A DNA stretch of 64,000 nt from Candidatus Parcubacteria bacterium (GTDB lineage Bacteria; Patescibacteriota; Minisyncoccia; Phycocordibacterales; CAIJYI01). The first letter of the stretch is position 1. Each line of letters opens with the position of its first letter. Location of the stretch: assembly GCA_026395595.1 (NCBI GenBank), contig JAPLYL010000008.1, positions 56,417 to 120,416 of the forward strand, given 5' to 3'. Both the position numbers and the translations under genes were made by a program. Of this stretch, positions 47,705 to 56,067 are shown piece after piece. The notes under the pieces are model-generated. The model was not told the DNA's origin and ran no database searches. It was given only the letters and a program-made list of their open reading frames with translations.

Positions 47705-48445
47705 ATGGCCACCAGCAAAAAAGAAGAAAATTGGCTCCTCAATGAGAAGTACCAAGGAAAAGAATGTCCCGAATTTTTTGAGGATATAAAAAGAATAGAA
47801 AACGGCAAACCGATTGATTATGTCATCGGTTTTACAGAATTTCTCGGCGCAAAAATAGACCTTTCTTTCCACCCCCTCATCCCTCGCCAAGAAACCGAGT
47901 ACTGGGTAGAAAAAGCCATAAAAGAAATGCCCGCGGAAAAACTTCAGGTATTAGATCTCTTCGCCGGTTCCGGTTGTATCGGTGTCGCCCTTCTCAAAAA
48001 TCTTCCCGACATTGCTGTTGATTTTGGAGAAAAAGACCTGAACCTCATACCGCAAATAGAGAAAAATCTTGCAATAAACAATATCGCCGCTGAAAGAGCG
48101 CGTGTTTTTACCACCGATGTTTTTTCATATCTCCCGCCAAAAAAGTACGATTATATTTTCGCCAATCCTCCGTATATTTCCAAAGATAAAAAAGAGCAAG
48201 TAGCAGACTCCGTTATGAAATACGAACCGCATCTCGCCCTCTTTGCCGATGACGACGGACTCTTTTTCATAAAAAAATTATTGAACGAATCTCCCAATTT
48301 TCTCTCTCCAAAAGGAAAACTCTTCATAGAATTTGATGCATGGCAAAAAGAAAAAATTGCGGAACTTATCAAAGAGTCAAAATTCCAAGGCGAGTTTCGG
48401 AAAGACCAATTTGATACATGGCGCGTTATCGTATGTACCCTTTAG
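47705..48445 (+). CDS. prmC: Release factor glutamine methyltransferase HemK/PrmC
   Basis: PIDYVIG, LIPRQETE, DLFAGSGCI, NPPY. Confidence 0.9.
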   Translation: MATSKKEENWLLNEKYQGKECPEFFEDIKRIENGKPIDYVIGFTEFLGAKIDLSFHPLIPRQETEYWVEKAIKEMPAEKLQVLDLFAGSGCIGVALLKNLPDIAVDFGEKDLNLIPQIEKNLAINNIAAERARVFTTDVFSYLPPKKYDYIFANPPYISKDKKEQVADSVMKYEPHLALFADDDGLFFIKKLLNESPNFLSPKGKLFIEFDAWQKEKIAELIKESKFQGEFRKDQFDTWRVIVCTL

Positions 48446-48516
48446 AAACTTAGCGGTGAGTCCTCCCTTTGGAGGTTCCACCGCCAAGTTGCCGCCAAAC
48501 ACTATTTAAAAACAAT

Positions 48517-48918
48517 ATGAAAAAAATACGCTATATTATTATATTTATACTTATTCTTATCATCAGTCTTCTCTTTTTCTTCTGGCCGAAACAGGCGGTA
48601 CAGAGAGACCTTTTTAGCTCGCCACAAAAAGAGAGGGGTATATTCTCCAACTCTCCTCCAAGAACTCCGCAAACCAAAGAAATCACCTATACGAACGAGG
48701 GTTTCAGTCCTACCGTTCTTTCTATAAATGCAGGAGACACGGTCATTTTCAAAAATAAAAGCAAAAAAAATTTCCAACCAAAAAGCGATAAAAATTTCGA
48801 AGCCGAAACCCCCATCGCAAAATACAAAGAATATCAATTCACCTTCCAAACCTCGGGAGAATACGGCTACTACGACCAACTCGACCAATCCAAATTCGGC
48901 GCGGTGGTAGTGAAATAA
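48517..48918 (+). CDS. Membrane-anchored cupredoxin-like protein
   Basis: GFSPTVLSINAGDTVIFKN...FTF...GEYGYY; canonical Cu ligands not evident. Confidence 0.65.
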   Translation: MKKIRYIIIFILILIISLLFFFWPKQAVQRDLFSSPQKERGIFSNSPPRTPQTKEITYTNEGFSPTVLSINAGDTVIFKNKSKKNFQPKSDKNFEAETPIAKYKEYQFTFQTSGEYGYYDQLDQSKFGAVVVK

Positions 48919-49647
48919 AAGGGGTCAGGTACCTTTGTTTTGCCTTCCTCTTTTTCGTATTGTTGCAAGAAGTCCATGCCTGTTTATCATTTCATTCGTC
49001 CACTCCGGTGTACCAAACGGCTTGCCTCGATTTACCGAATAGCGGACAGATTCTTCCTCTTCGCATGTTTGTGGAAGATTCACAAAAGAAATATAATCCT
49101 TGGGTTCGGCAATCGGCCAAGGAGACAAAAGATCCGTTTGCTTATTTTTCAATCTTTTGTTTAAACTTGAAAAATCCCAATTTTGCGCTTTCGTAACCAA
49201 CTTTGCGCGAAGTGGATTTCTCTCAACATACCGGATCACCGTTAAAAGGTGATCGTCCCCTTCTATCCCAAACGACTTGTATCTTCCCTGATACAAATGC
49301 CCGGTGCCAACAGTTTTGTTTTTTGTATGCCAGCGCTGGGTGTGTGTTAATGTAATCCACTGCATAAATTTCTGAAGGTCTCCGTCGAGATAAGGGTAGA
49401 GAACGAGATGAAAATGATTTGGCATCAAGCAATAGGCAAGGATACGCATTTTGTATTTTTGTTTTGCTTCTTCAAGAATGGTTTCAAACAACTTAAAATC
49501 ATCTTCTTCAAAAAAGATCGGGAGACGTGCGTTCGCGCGATTGATGACGTGATAAATTTCTCCGCCAATATCTACTCGCGGTAATCGTGGCATTTCAAAA
49601 TTATATCATATCGAATTTTTTAATCAAAGGTACCTGACCCTTTTATT
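48914..49647. mobile_element. RAYT/TnpA(REP)-type element bounded by 23-24 bp inverted repeats
   Basis: AATAAAAGGGGTCAGGTACCTTTG (48914-48937) and CAAAGGTACCTGACCCTTTTATT (49625-49647). Confidence 0.75.
48925..49593 (-). CDS. Y1 HUH transposase (REP-associated tyrosine transposase type)
   Basis: YHVINR, YCLMPNHFHL (HUH), QGRYKS, RYVERNP. Confidence 0.9.
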   Translation of the reverse strand: MPRLPRVDIGGEIYHVINRANARLPIFFEEDDFKLFETILEEAKQKYKMRILAYCLMPNHFHLVLYPYLDGDLQKFMQWITLTHTQRWHTKNKTVGTGHLYQGRYKSFGIEGDDHLLTVIRYVERNPLRAKLVTKAQNWDFSSLNKRLKNKQTDLLSPWPIAEPKDYISFVNLPQTCEEEESVRYSVNRGKPFGTPEWTNEMINRHGLLATIRKRGRQNKGT

Positions 49648-49933
49648 ATCAAAAAAGTCTCGCTCCCTGCCTGTTGGCGGATGCGAGACCTTAATAAAAA
49701 CTAGTGATTCATTTCATCATAATCACAACCGCTATGATGGACGGGGGGTCTTTCTGTTTTGATCATCCAAACAACACCGACGATCAAAGTAAAAATCACC
49801 AACAAAAAAATAATAGTAAACAAATCAAACCTCTGGGTTTTCCCGATAGACAAAAGTAACAAATTTAACTGTGTGTAGTATATCACAAATAAATTTTCTT
49901 GTCAACACACCTCCCGTCTGTTATCATTACCAA

Positions 49934-52090
49934 ATGACTCCAGAGTCGCTTATTGTTGAAACCTTCCGTCTTTCTCCTCTGCAAAAAGCCGCACTTGCTC
50001 GGCTTAATTTGCATACCATTTTAGATCTTCTATATTACTTCCCTACCCGTTACAGCAGTATCTCAGAAATAAAAAACATTTCGGAACTCATTATCGGTGA
50101 AAAAGCTGTTATCTATGGACAAATTTCCAACCTCAAAACTGCCAAAGGATTCAAATCAAAAATGACCTATGCGGAAGCGACCATTGAAGACCGCACGGGA
50201 AAAATCAAGACCATCTGGTTTCGTCAGCCGTATATCGCCAAGATGTTCGGAGAGGGAGATCTCGTCAAACTTTCCGGAACGGTTTCCGACAAAAACGGCG
50301 CCAAATACCTCAGCAATCCGGAAATAGAAAAAACCAAAGATCTGCCGATAGACGCGGGAAATTCGCTGTTCAAAAATACCGATCAGATCGGCGCGGTTTC
50401 CTATCCCGTGTATCCGGAGACGCAAGGCATTACGAGCAAGTGGATCTACCACGCGATAGACAAAATAATAAAAAATGGAACGATTGAAGCTATCGTTGAC
50501 CCGATACCGCAAGAAATTCTTGAAAAATACCACCTCCCGGCGCTAAAAACAGCACTCGTCTGGGTGCATATGCCAAAGGAAGAATCTCACGGATTGATCG
50601 CTCGCAAACGTTTTGCTTTTGAAGAAATTTTCTTTATTCAGCTCCTCCGCCAAAAAGCAAAAAAAGAATACGAGAAAAATAAATCGTTTTTCGTGCATGC
50701 CAAAGAAGAAGACGTGAATGACTTTATTTCCCGTTTCCCTTTTCGCCCCACAGACGCTCAAAACAAGGCGATAGAAGATATTTATAAAGACCTCCGTTCC
50801 GAAAAGCCGATGCTCCGCCTTCTTGAGGGGGATGTGGGTTCAGGAAAAACATTCGTCGCCGCCGCCATTGCTTATGCCCTCACACAAGAACGAACGCAGG
50901 GTGAATTTACCAAACTTCAAACCGCTTACATGGCGCCGACCGAAATTCTCGCCACCCAGCTTTTTGAGAATTTCATCAAATACTTTTCGCATTTACCCGT
51001 TACTATCGGTCTGGTAACCGGTTCCGGCTGCAAAAAATTCCCGTCAAAAGTTGATCCGACCGGTTGGACAAACATTTCAAAAACACAGCTCATGAAATGG
51101 GTCGGGGGCGGCGAAGTAGACATTCTCGTCGGCACGCACGCTATCATTCAAAAAAGCGTCAATTTCAAAAATCTCGCTTTCGCCATCATTGACGAACAGC
51201 ATCGTTTCGGTACCGCTCAGAGGATGAAACTCGTCAAAAAAGGCCAGCCGGTTCCCCACTTCCTCTCCATGACCGCCACCCCCATACCGCGAACGCTCGC
51301 CCTCACTATTTACGGTGACCTTGACCTCACTCTTTTGGATGCCATGCCTCCGGGAAGAAAACCGGTCATTACCGATATCATCTACGCAAAAAATCGCGAC
51401 CAAATGTACGAAGACATCCGCAAAGAACTCAAAACCGGCCGCCAAGCCTACGTTATTTGTCCGCGCATTGACGAACCCGACCCCGAAAAAGAAATGGCGC
51501 TCCAAGCAAAATCAGTAAAAGAAGAAGCAAAACGCTTGAAGAAAAACATTTTTCAAGAATACGAGATTGATATTCTGCATGGAAAAATGACACCGAAAGA
51601 AAAAGAAAGCATCATGGCGAGCTTTGAGAAAAAAGAAATAGATATTCTCTGCGCGACTTCCGTCGTGGAAGTCGGTGTCAACGTCCCGAACGCCACGATT
51701 ATCATTATAGAAGGAGCCGAACGATTCGGCCTCGCCCAGCTCCACCAGCTCCGCGGAAGAGTCATCCGAAGCAATCACCAAGCATACTGTTATCTTTTGA
51801 CGGAAAGTTTCGGTCAAAAAACAAAAGACCGACTCCACGCGCTCAAAACCGCCAAAAACGGTTTTGAACTCGCCGAGATGGACTTGGCTTTGCGCGGCGC
51901 CGGAGAACTCGGCGGCAAAAAACAATGGGGTGTCAGCGACCTCGGAATGGAAGCGATCAAAAATCTAAAAATGGTAGAAGCAGCACGATTTGAAGCAAAG
52001 GAAATGTTAAAAAAGAATCCATCGCTCAAAAAATATCCGCTTATTCTCGCAAAACTGGAAGGAAAAGAAACCGTAAGCCATTTTGAGTAA
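49934..52090 (+). CDS. recG: ATP-dependent DNA helicase RecG
   Basis: GDVGSGKT, DEQHRFG, TATPIPRTL, AERFGLAQLHQLRGRV. Confidence 0.95.
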   Translation: MTPESLIVETFRLSPLQKAALARLNLHTILDLLYYFPTRYSSISEIKNISELIIGEKAVIYGQISNLKTAKGFKSKMTYAEATIEDRTGKIKTIWFRQPYIAKMFGEGDLVKLSGTVSDKNGAKYLSNPEIEKTKDLPIDAGNSLFKNTDQIGAVSYPVYPETQGITSKWIYHAIDKIIKNGTIEAIVDPIPQEILEKYHLPALKTALVWVHMPKEESHGLIARKRFAFEEIFFIQLLRQKAKKEYEKNKSFFVHAKEEDVNDFISRFPFRPTDAQNKAIEDIYKDLRSEKPMLRLLEGDVGSGKTFVAAAIAYALTQERTQGEFTKLQTAYMAPTEILATQLFENFIKYFSHLPVTIGLVTGSGCKKFPSKVDPTGWTNISKTQLMKWVGGGEVDILVGTHAIIQKSVNFKNLAFAIIDEQHRFGTAQRMKLVKKGQPVPHFLSMTATPIPRTLALTIYGDLDLTLLDAMPPGRKPVITDIIYAKNRDQMYEDIRKELKTGRQAYVICPRIDEPDPEKEMALQAKSVKEEAKRLKKNIFQEYEIDILHGKMTPKEKESIMASFEKKEIDILCATSVVEVGVNVPNATIIIIEGAERFGLAQLHQLRGRVIRSNHQAYCYLLTESFGQKTKDRLHALKTAKNGFELAEMDLALRGAGELGGKKQWGVSDLGMEAIKNLKMVEAARFEAKEMLKKNPSLKKYPLILAKLEGKETVSHFE

Positions 52091-52157
52091 GTTGACATGT
52101 AACATATCCAATGCTAATCTTAAAAAAGATTTTCAGATAGAACAAAGAAGGTTCAAT

Positions 52158-52505
52158 ATGGAAAAAATAAGCGAAGAAATAAGAAAACTTGAAAAAGAGA
52201 TTGAAGAAAAAACAAAACCCATTGAAGATTTAAAAAATGAACTTTTACAGAAAAAACGTAAATTACTGAAAGAGTATCCGAAAGTAAAATTCAAAAATTT
52301 ACGACCGGGACAAAAATTCAGATTACTCCACGAGGGCAGCCCTTTGAGTATGAAGGCCTACATCCCCGAAAAGTCTATGAAGCAAATGGGGTTGTATCAT
52401 GAAGTATCGTGGCCCAACACATCCCCCGACACAGTAGTATTGGAAGGCGAAGACATAGGAAGAATAATACAAACTTACTCTGATATCGTCGCTCTTATTG
52501 AGTAA
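52158..52505 (+). CDS. Hypothetical protein (coiled coil + small beta domain)
   Basis: Own TTGACA promoter (52092) and terminator; similar to 54288-54749. Confidence 0.6.
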   Translation: MEKISEEIRKLEKEIEEKTKPIEDLKNELLQKKRKLLKEYPKVKFKNLRPGQKFRLLHEGSPLSMKAYIPEKSMKQMGLYHEVSWPNTSPDTVVLEGEDIGRIIQTYSDIVALIE

Positions 52506-52595
52506 TACAGATAATATCCCAATCCAGCCCGTCGCTCTGCGATTGGCTGGTTTTTTGTACTTGCTTTTTATATAACCAAAGTATATCATATAGTT

Positions 52596-52871
52596 ATGAA
52601 AACATTATTGAACATAAAGATTGATAGTGCGATTAAAGAAAAAGCAAAGGAGACGGCGAGGGATTTGGGTATGCCATTAAGCACTATATTGAATGCCTAC
52701 ATTCATCAACTCGTCCGCAGTCGTGAAGTATACTTTACCTCCGCCCCGCGCATGACGCCGGAACTGGAAAAACTCGTCGGGGTCGCGAAACGCGATTTTC
52801 GCAACAAAAAAAACATCGCAGGACCATTTAAAACCGGCGCAGAAATGGACGCCTATCTGGACGCCATTTAA
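52596..52871 (+). CDS. RelB/DinJ-family antitoxin
   Basis: RHH-like LNIKID..IKEKA...LGMPLSTIL; upstream of toxin. Confidence 0.8.
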   Translation: MKTLLNIKIDSAIKEKAKETARDLGMPLSTILNAYIHQLVRSREVYFTSAPRMTPELEKLVGVAKRDFRNKKNIAGPFKTGAEMDAYLDAI

Positions 52872-52874
52872 TCT

Positions 52875-53135
52875 ATGGAAATTTTTCTTCACAAACATTT
52901 CCTCAAAAAATATCCCGACCTTAAACCGGGAGAAAAAACACGGTTCAAAGAACGGCGCGAACTTTTTCTTTCCGACCCGTTTCATCCGATTTTAAACAAC
53001 CACGCCCTTTCCGGAAAATATAAGGGACTGCGAAGTATAAATATCGGCGGAGATTTGCGTGCTGTTTATGATGCCATTTCAGACAATGCCGTGCTTTTTG
53101 TTGATATTGATACGCATAGTAAATTGTACGAGTAA
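52875..53135 (+). CDS. RelE/YafQ-family mRNA interferase toxin
   Basis: LNNHALSG, RSINIGGDLRAVY, THSKLY. Confidence 0.85.
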   Translation: MEIFLHKHFLKKYPDLKPGEKTRFKERRELFLSDPFHPILNNHALSGKYKGLRSINIGGDLRAVYDAISDNAVLFVDIDTHSKLYE

Positions 53136-53141
53136 GACAAA

Positions 53142-53187
53142 CTCACTAAAAACAGAAGACGAAGAAACCGTGAGCCATTTTGAGTAG
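53142..53187 (+). repeat. Diverged duplicate of the recG 3' end
   Basis: AAGAAACCGTGAGCCATTTTGAGTA (53162-53186) matches 52065-52089 at 24/25. Confidence 0.8.
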
Positions 53188-53265
53188 GGGGGGGGCACAC
53201 ATTGACAAAATATACAAATGTGATATACTTTTTGCAGTTATAACTCAACGAAAAAAGGAAAAGAA

Positions 53266-53550
53266 ATGACCAATCTGTATGTAAGTCCGGATGATTACAA
53301 AAAAGTTAGAAAGTCTGATATCTCAAAAATTGAAACTTTTGAAGACGCAAAAACCGCTTTCTGTTTAAGAGAAAATATTCAACAGGCTCTTCAAGAAAAC
53401 TGTGAACAACAAAAAGCAAGATTTGAAATGGAAAAAATATGTCAATTTATTCTTGACCATTATGGTGAAAATTTGGCTACGGTTGAATGGGTGTCCACTC
53501 ATGCCGAATTTGGTAAAGCAAGAACGTTGGCTCATGAAATGTTGAGATAA
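53266..53550 (+). CDS. Hypothetical protein
   Basis: 94 aa ORF with upstream TTGACA promoter and downstream hairpin. Confidence 0.6.
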   Translation: MTNLYVSPDDYKKVRKSDISKIETFEDAKTAFCLRENIQQALQENCEQQKARFEMEKICQFILDHYGENLATVEWVSTHAEFGKARTLAHEMLR

Positions 53551-53648
53551 TAAACCCCCGTCACATCGCGCTTCGCGAGGTGACGGGATTTCTATATACT
53601 CGCATATTAAAGTATTGACAAAATATATACAATATATATACTTTACTT

Positions 53649-53951
53649 ATGACTACTCAATTCATGTTTAAAATAGAGCCGAAGCTCAAAAAAGCGGCTA
53701 TGAAAAAAGCAAAAGAGCAAGGAACCACCTTCTCTTCCGTTCTTAATTTTGCCGCAACCGCTTTTATAGAGGGACAGTTCAATGTTGGGCTTATTATAAA
53801 CGAAGTACCGAATATTCGTACTCAAAAAATACTCCGACAAGCAAGTGAGGATTACCGCCTTGGAAAAAATATCTCCCCCGCTTTTTCCAATGCAAAGGAC
53901 GCCATTGCCTATCTAAAGTCTCAAACAACGCATGCTCGCAAGGTTTCATAA
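53649..53951 (+). CDS. RelB/DinJ-like antitoxin
   Basis: RHH-like N-terminus, KNISPAFSNAKDAIAYL tail similar to 52596; overlaps toxin. Confidence 0.75.
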   Translation: MTTQFMFKIEPKLKKAAMKKAKEQGTTFSSVLNFAATAFIEGQFNVGLIINEVPNIRTQKILRQASEDYRLGKNISPAFSNAKDAIAYLKSQTTHARKVS

Positions 53952-54186
53952 AAAATTCGCCAAGCGACTGGAAAAACTTCCCCTAAAAATTGAAGATGCT
54001 TTTTACGCAAGACTCGAAATTTTTCTTGTGAATAAATTTGACCAACGTCTTAATAATCACGAACTTGAGGGCGAATACGCCGGATATAAAAGCATAAATG
54101 TTACGGGTGATTATCGCGCCATTTTCCAAGATTTTGGTGACAATGTTCTTTTTATTACCATCGGCACCCATAGCGAACTCTATTAA
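53932..54186 (+). CDS. RelE/YafQ-family toxin
   Basis: LNNHELEG, KSINVTGDYRAIF, IGTHSELY. Confidence 0.85.
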   Translation: MLARFHKKFAKRLEKLPLKIEDAFYARLEIFLVNKFDQRLNNHELEGEYAGYKSINVTGDYRAIFQDFGDNVLFITIGTHSELY

Positions 54187-54287
54187 ACAGCCCTTTGCTG
54201 TCTTTTTTGAATTTCTCTTGTTTTTTTATATTAATGTGTTATCCTCATACCAGTCCTGTTATTTTAAACACTCAAAAGGAGAACAAC

Positions 54288-54749
54288 ATGACTCAAGAAA
54301 AACTCGCATGTCTTGAATGCGGCAGTCCCGCCGAATGGATACGGTATACGCAATTTTCCGGCAATCATCCCTACTGCGAAGCTTGCGCCAAAAAAGAAAC
54401 AGATTTTCCCGAAGGCAACGGCTCTTATTCCGATTGGGACAAATGGCCGCCCGAAGAAAACCGCAAAAAAGAAGATTCTACCCGTCTTCATCAAATAAGA
54501 AAAGAAATTTGCGAGATAAGAGAGGAGTCCGACGCAAAAATTGCTCTTCTTCAGAGAGAAGCAGAGCAAATCTTTGAAGAAGCCCCGACTTTTTGGGAGA
54601 TTCCCCTCGGACAAAAGTTTATGTATGACCTCTATGGCCCGATATGCAAAAAGACCGGTGATTCCCGCGAAGCGACAATAGAAAGCGAACACAACAAAGG
54701 AATGCGCTTTCTTTTAAGAAGCACGGGCAAAGTTTTCCTTATAGAATAA
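54288..54749 (+). CDS. Hypothetical protein with N-terminal zinc finger
   Basis: AAGGAG RBS, CLECG...YCEAC, C-terminus similar to 52158-52505. Confidence 0.6.
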   Translation: MTQEKLACLECGSPAEWIRYTQFSGNHPYCEACAKKETDFPEGNGSYSDWDKWPPEENRKKEDSTRLHQIRKEICEIREESDAKIALLQREAEQIFEEAPTFWEIPLGQKFMYDLYGPICKKTGDSREATIESEHNKGMRFLLRSTGKVFLIE

Positions 54750-54765
54750 AGGGATTCCCTTAAAA

Positions 54766-55002
54766 ATGGATAAAACAATAAGTATGTATTTGGGGTATTT
54801 TTCCCCATATTATGCTTTTCTGTTCACTTTCGTTTTTTTATCTCTTACCGGTTTTCTGATAATTGCTTATGGATGGTCTTTTGAAGTTCTGTGTGTCGCT
54901 ATTGCCGGTGCGGGCATACTTTCTTTGTATTTTATAAAAGGAAGAGAAAGACTGAGAGAATTGGTAAACAAAATGAAGAAAAACAAAATCTTTCTTGCCT
55001 AG
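54766..55002 (+). CDS. Small two-TM membrane protein
   Basis: 78 aa hydrophobic ORF in tandem with the upstream gene. Confidence 0.5.
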   Translation: MDKTISMYLGYFSPYYAFLFTFVFLSLTGFLIIAYGWSFEVLCVAIAGAGILSLYFIKGRERLRELVNKMKKNKIFLA

Positions 55003-55183
55003 CTAGTAAATCCGCCCGTCGCATGGTCGTCCATAGTCCGTTGTTTTTTAGATGCATGCGATCATTATCGGAAAAATCGCTCGTAAACATCATCGCCCCG
55101 CGCTTATGCGTCGGGGCGATTTTTTGTTGCGAAATTTAATATAAAAAGGGCCGCCAATAAAGACAACCCTTTGAACTCTTAAT

Positions 55184-55666
55184 CTAAAATTTTATTTTTT
55201 TGGGAATAGCTGCGGTTGCGGTTAATTCCACCAGCGTATCTTCCGCGGGGTATTCCAGCGGAACTTCTGATACCCACACGAGCGTTCTTGCGGGAAGATT
55301 TTTTGTTTCTTTGGACACCATGTGTCCCGCAAAAAAATCTATATAAGCGGCACCGAAATTTTTTCTTGCCTCGGCTCTCGCTAGATGTTTCGCTTCCCCT
55401 GTTTCCTCAGCATCCTTCAAAAAAACTTTAATTTCAACAATACTGTTGATATTACCGCCAGCCGCTTTAACAACAGCCAAAATGTTCCTGAGCGCTTGAA
55501 ATGTCTGTTGGTATAAACCGCCAGAAACGACAGGTTCATCTGGAACACCCGGAATGTTTCCAGTCTGCCCAGCAAGAAAAAGTAAATTGCATTTTTCCAG
55601 ATCAACCAAAACAGCCTGACTGTAAAACCCCGGTTCCGGGGCATTCTTCGTAAATATGTGCTTCAT
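55184..55666 (-). CDS. RidA/YjgF family protein
   Basis: YSQAV, FLAGQ, PART, VELTATA. Confidence 0.85.
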   Translation of the reverse strand: MKHIFTKNAPEPGFYSQAVLVDLEKCNLLFLAGQTGNIPGVPDEPVVSGGLYQQTFQALRNILAVVKAAGGNINSIVEIKVFLKDAEETGEAKHLARAEARKNFGAAYIDFFAGHMVSKETKNLPARTLVWVSEVPLEYPAEDTLVELTATAAIPKKIKF

Positions 55667-55740
55667 GAGATATCTCCTCTTTTTTCAGGGTACAAATTAC
55701 TTTTTTATGATATCATATTTGTTCAATACTGTCAAATCCA

Positions 55741-55769
55741 TTGCGAAAAAACCGAAAATACGCTAAAAT
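55741..55769 (+). promoter_or_regulatory. sigma70 promoter of the tRNA-Ile locus
   Basis: TTGCGA-17 bp-TAAAAT. Confidence 0.6.
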
Positions 55770-55789
55770 TCTCTGCATAACCAAAGTAT

Positions 55790-55827
55790 GCACGCATAGC
55801 TTAATTGGTTAAAGCATTTGGCTTATA
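55790..55827 (+). pseudogene. 5' half of a tRNA-Ile(TAT)
   Basis: Near-identical to 55859-55896 with a compensatory D-stem change; stops after anticodon +1. Confidence 0.75.
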
Positions 55828-55858
55828 ATTACAAACGAAGAACAAAATAAAAGAAAAT

Positions 55859-55932
55859 GCACGCATAGCTCAATTGGTTAGAGCATTTGGCTTATATCCA
55901 AAAGGTTCATGGTTCAAGTCCATGTGCGTGCA
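55859..55932 (+). tRNA. tRNA-Ile(TAT)
   Basis: Acceptor GCACGCA/TGCGTGC, D-stem GCTC/GAGC, anticodon arm TTTGG-CTTATAT-CCAAA, T-arm CATGG-TTCAAGT-CCATG, discriminator A. Confidence 0.88.
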
Positions 55933-55983
55933 CAACAAAGTGCATTATCTTTTATTTTTTCTGAGTGCTGTAATTATACGAAG

Positions 55984-56023
55984 TATATCCAAAAGGTTCA
56001 TGGTTCAAGTCCATGTGCGCCCA
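55984..56023 (+). pseudogene. 3' half of a tRNA-Ile(TAT)
   Basis: Identical to the intact tRNA from the anticodon to the acceptor strand, which ends TGCGCCCA instead of TGCGTGCA. Confidence 0.75.
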
Positions 56024-56028
56024 CATTC

Positions 56029-56060
56029 AAAACAAAAGCGGCAAAGCCGCTTTTGTTTTT
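56029..56060. terminator. Bidirectional intrinsic terminator
   Basis: AAAACAAAAGCGGC-AAA-GCCGCTTTTGTTTT. Confidence 0.8.
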
Positions 56061-56067
56061 ATATTTT

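Noticed and set aside
49701..49886. 61-aa hydrophobic ORF upstream of the RAYT
   Set aside because: Non-ATG start and no recognisable homology; cannot be supported.
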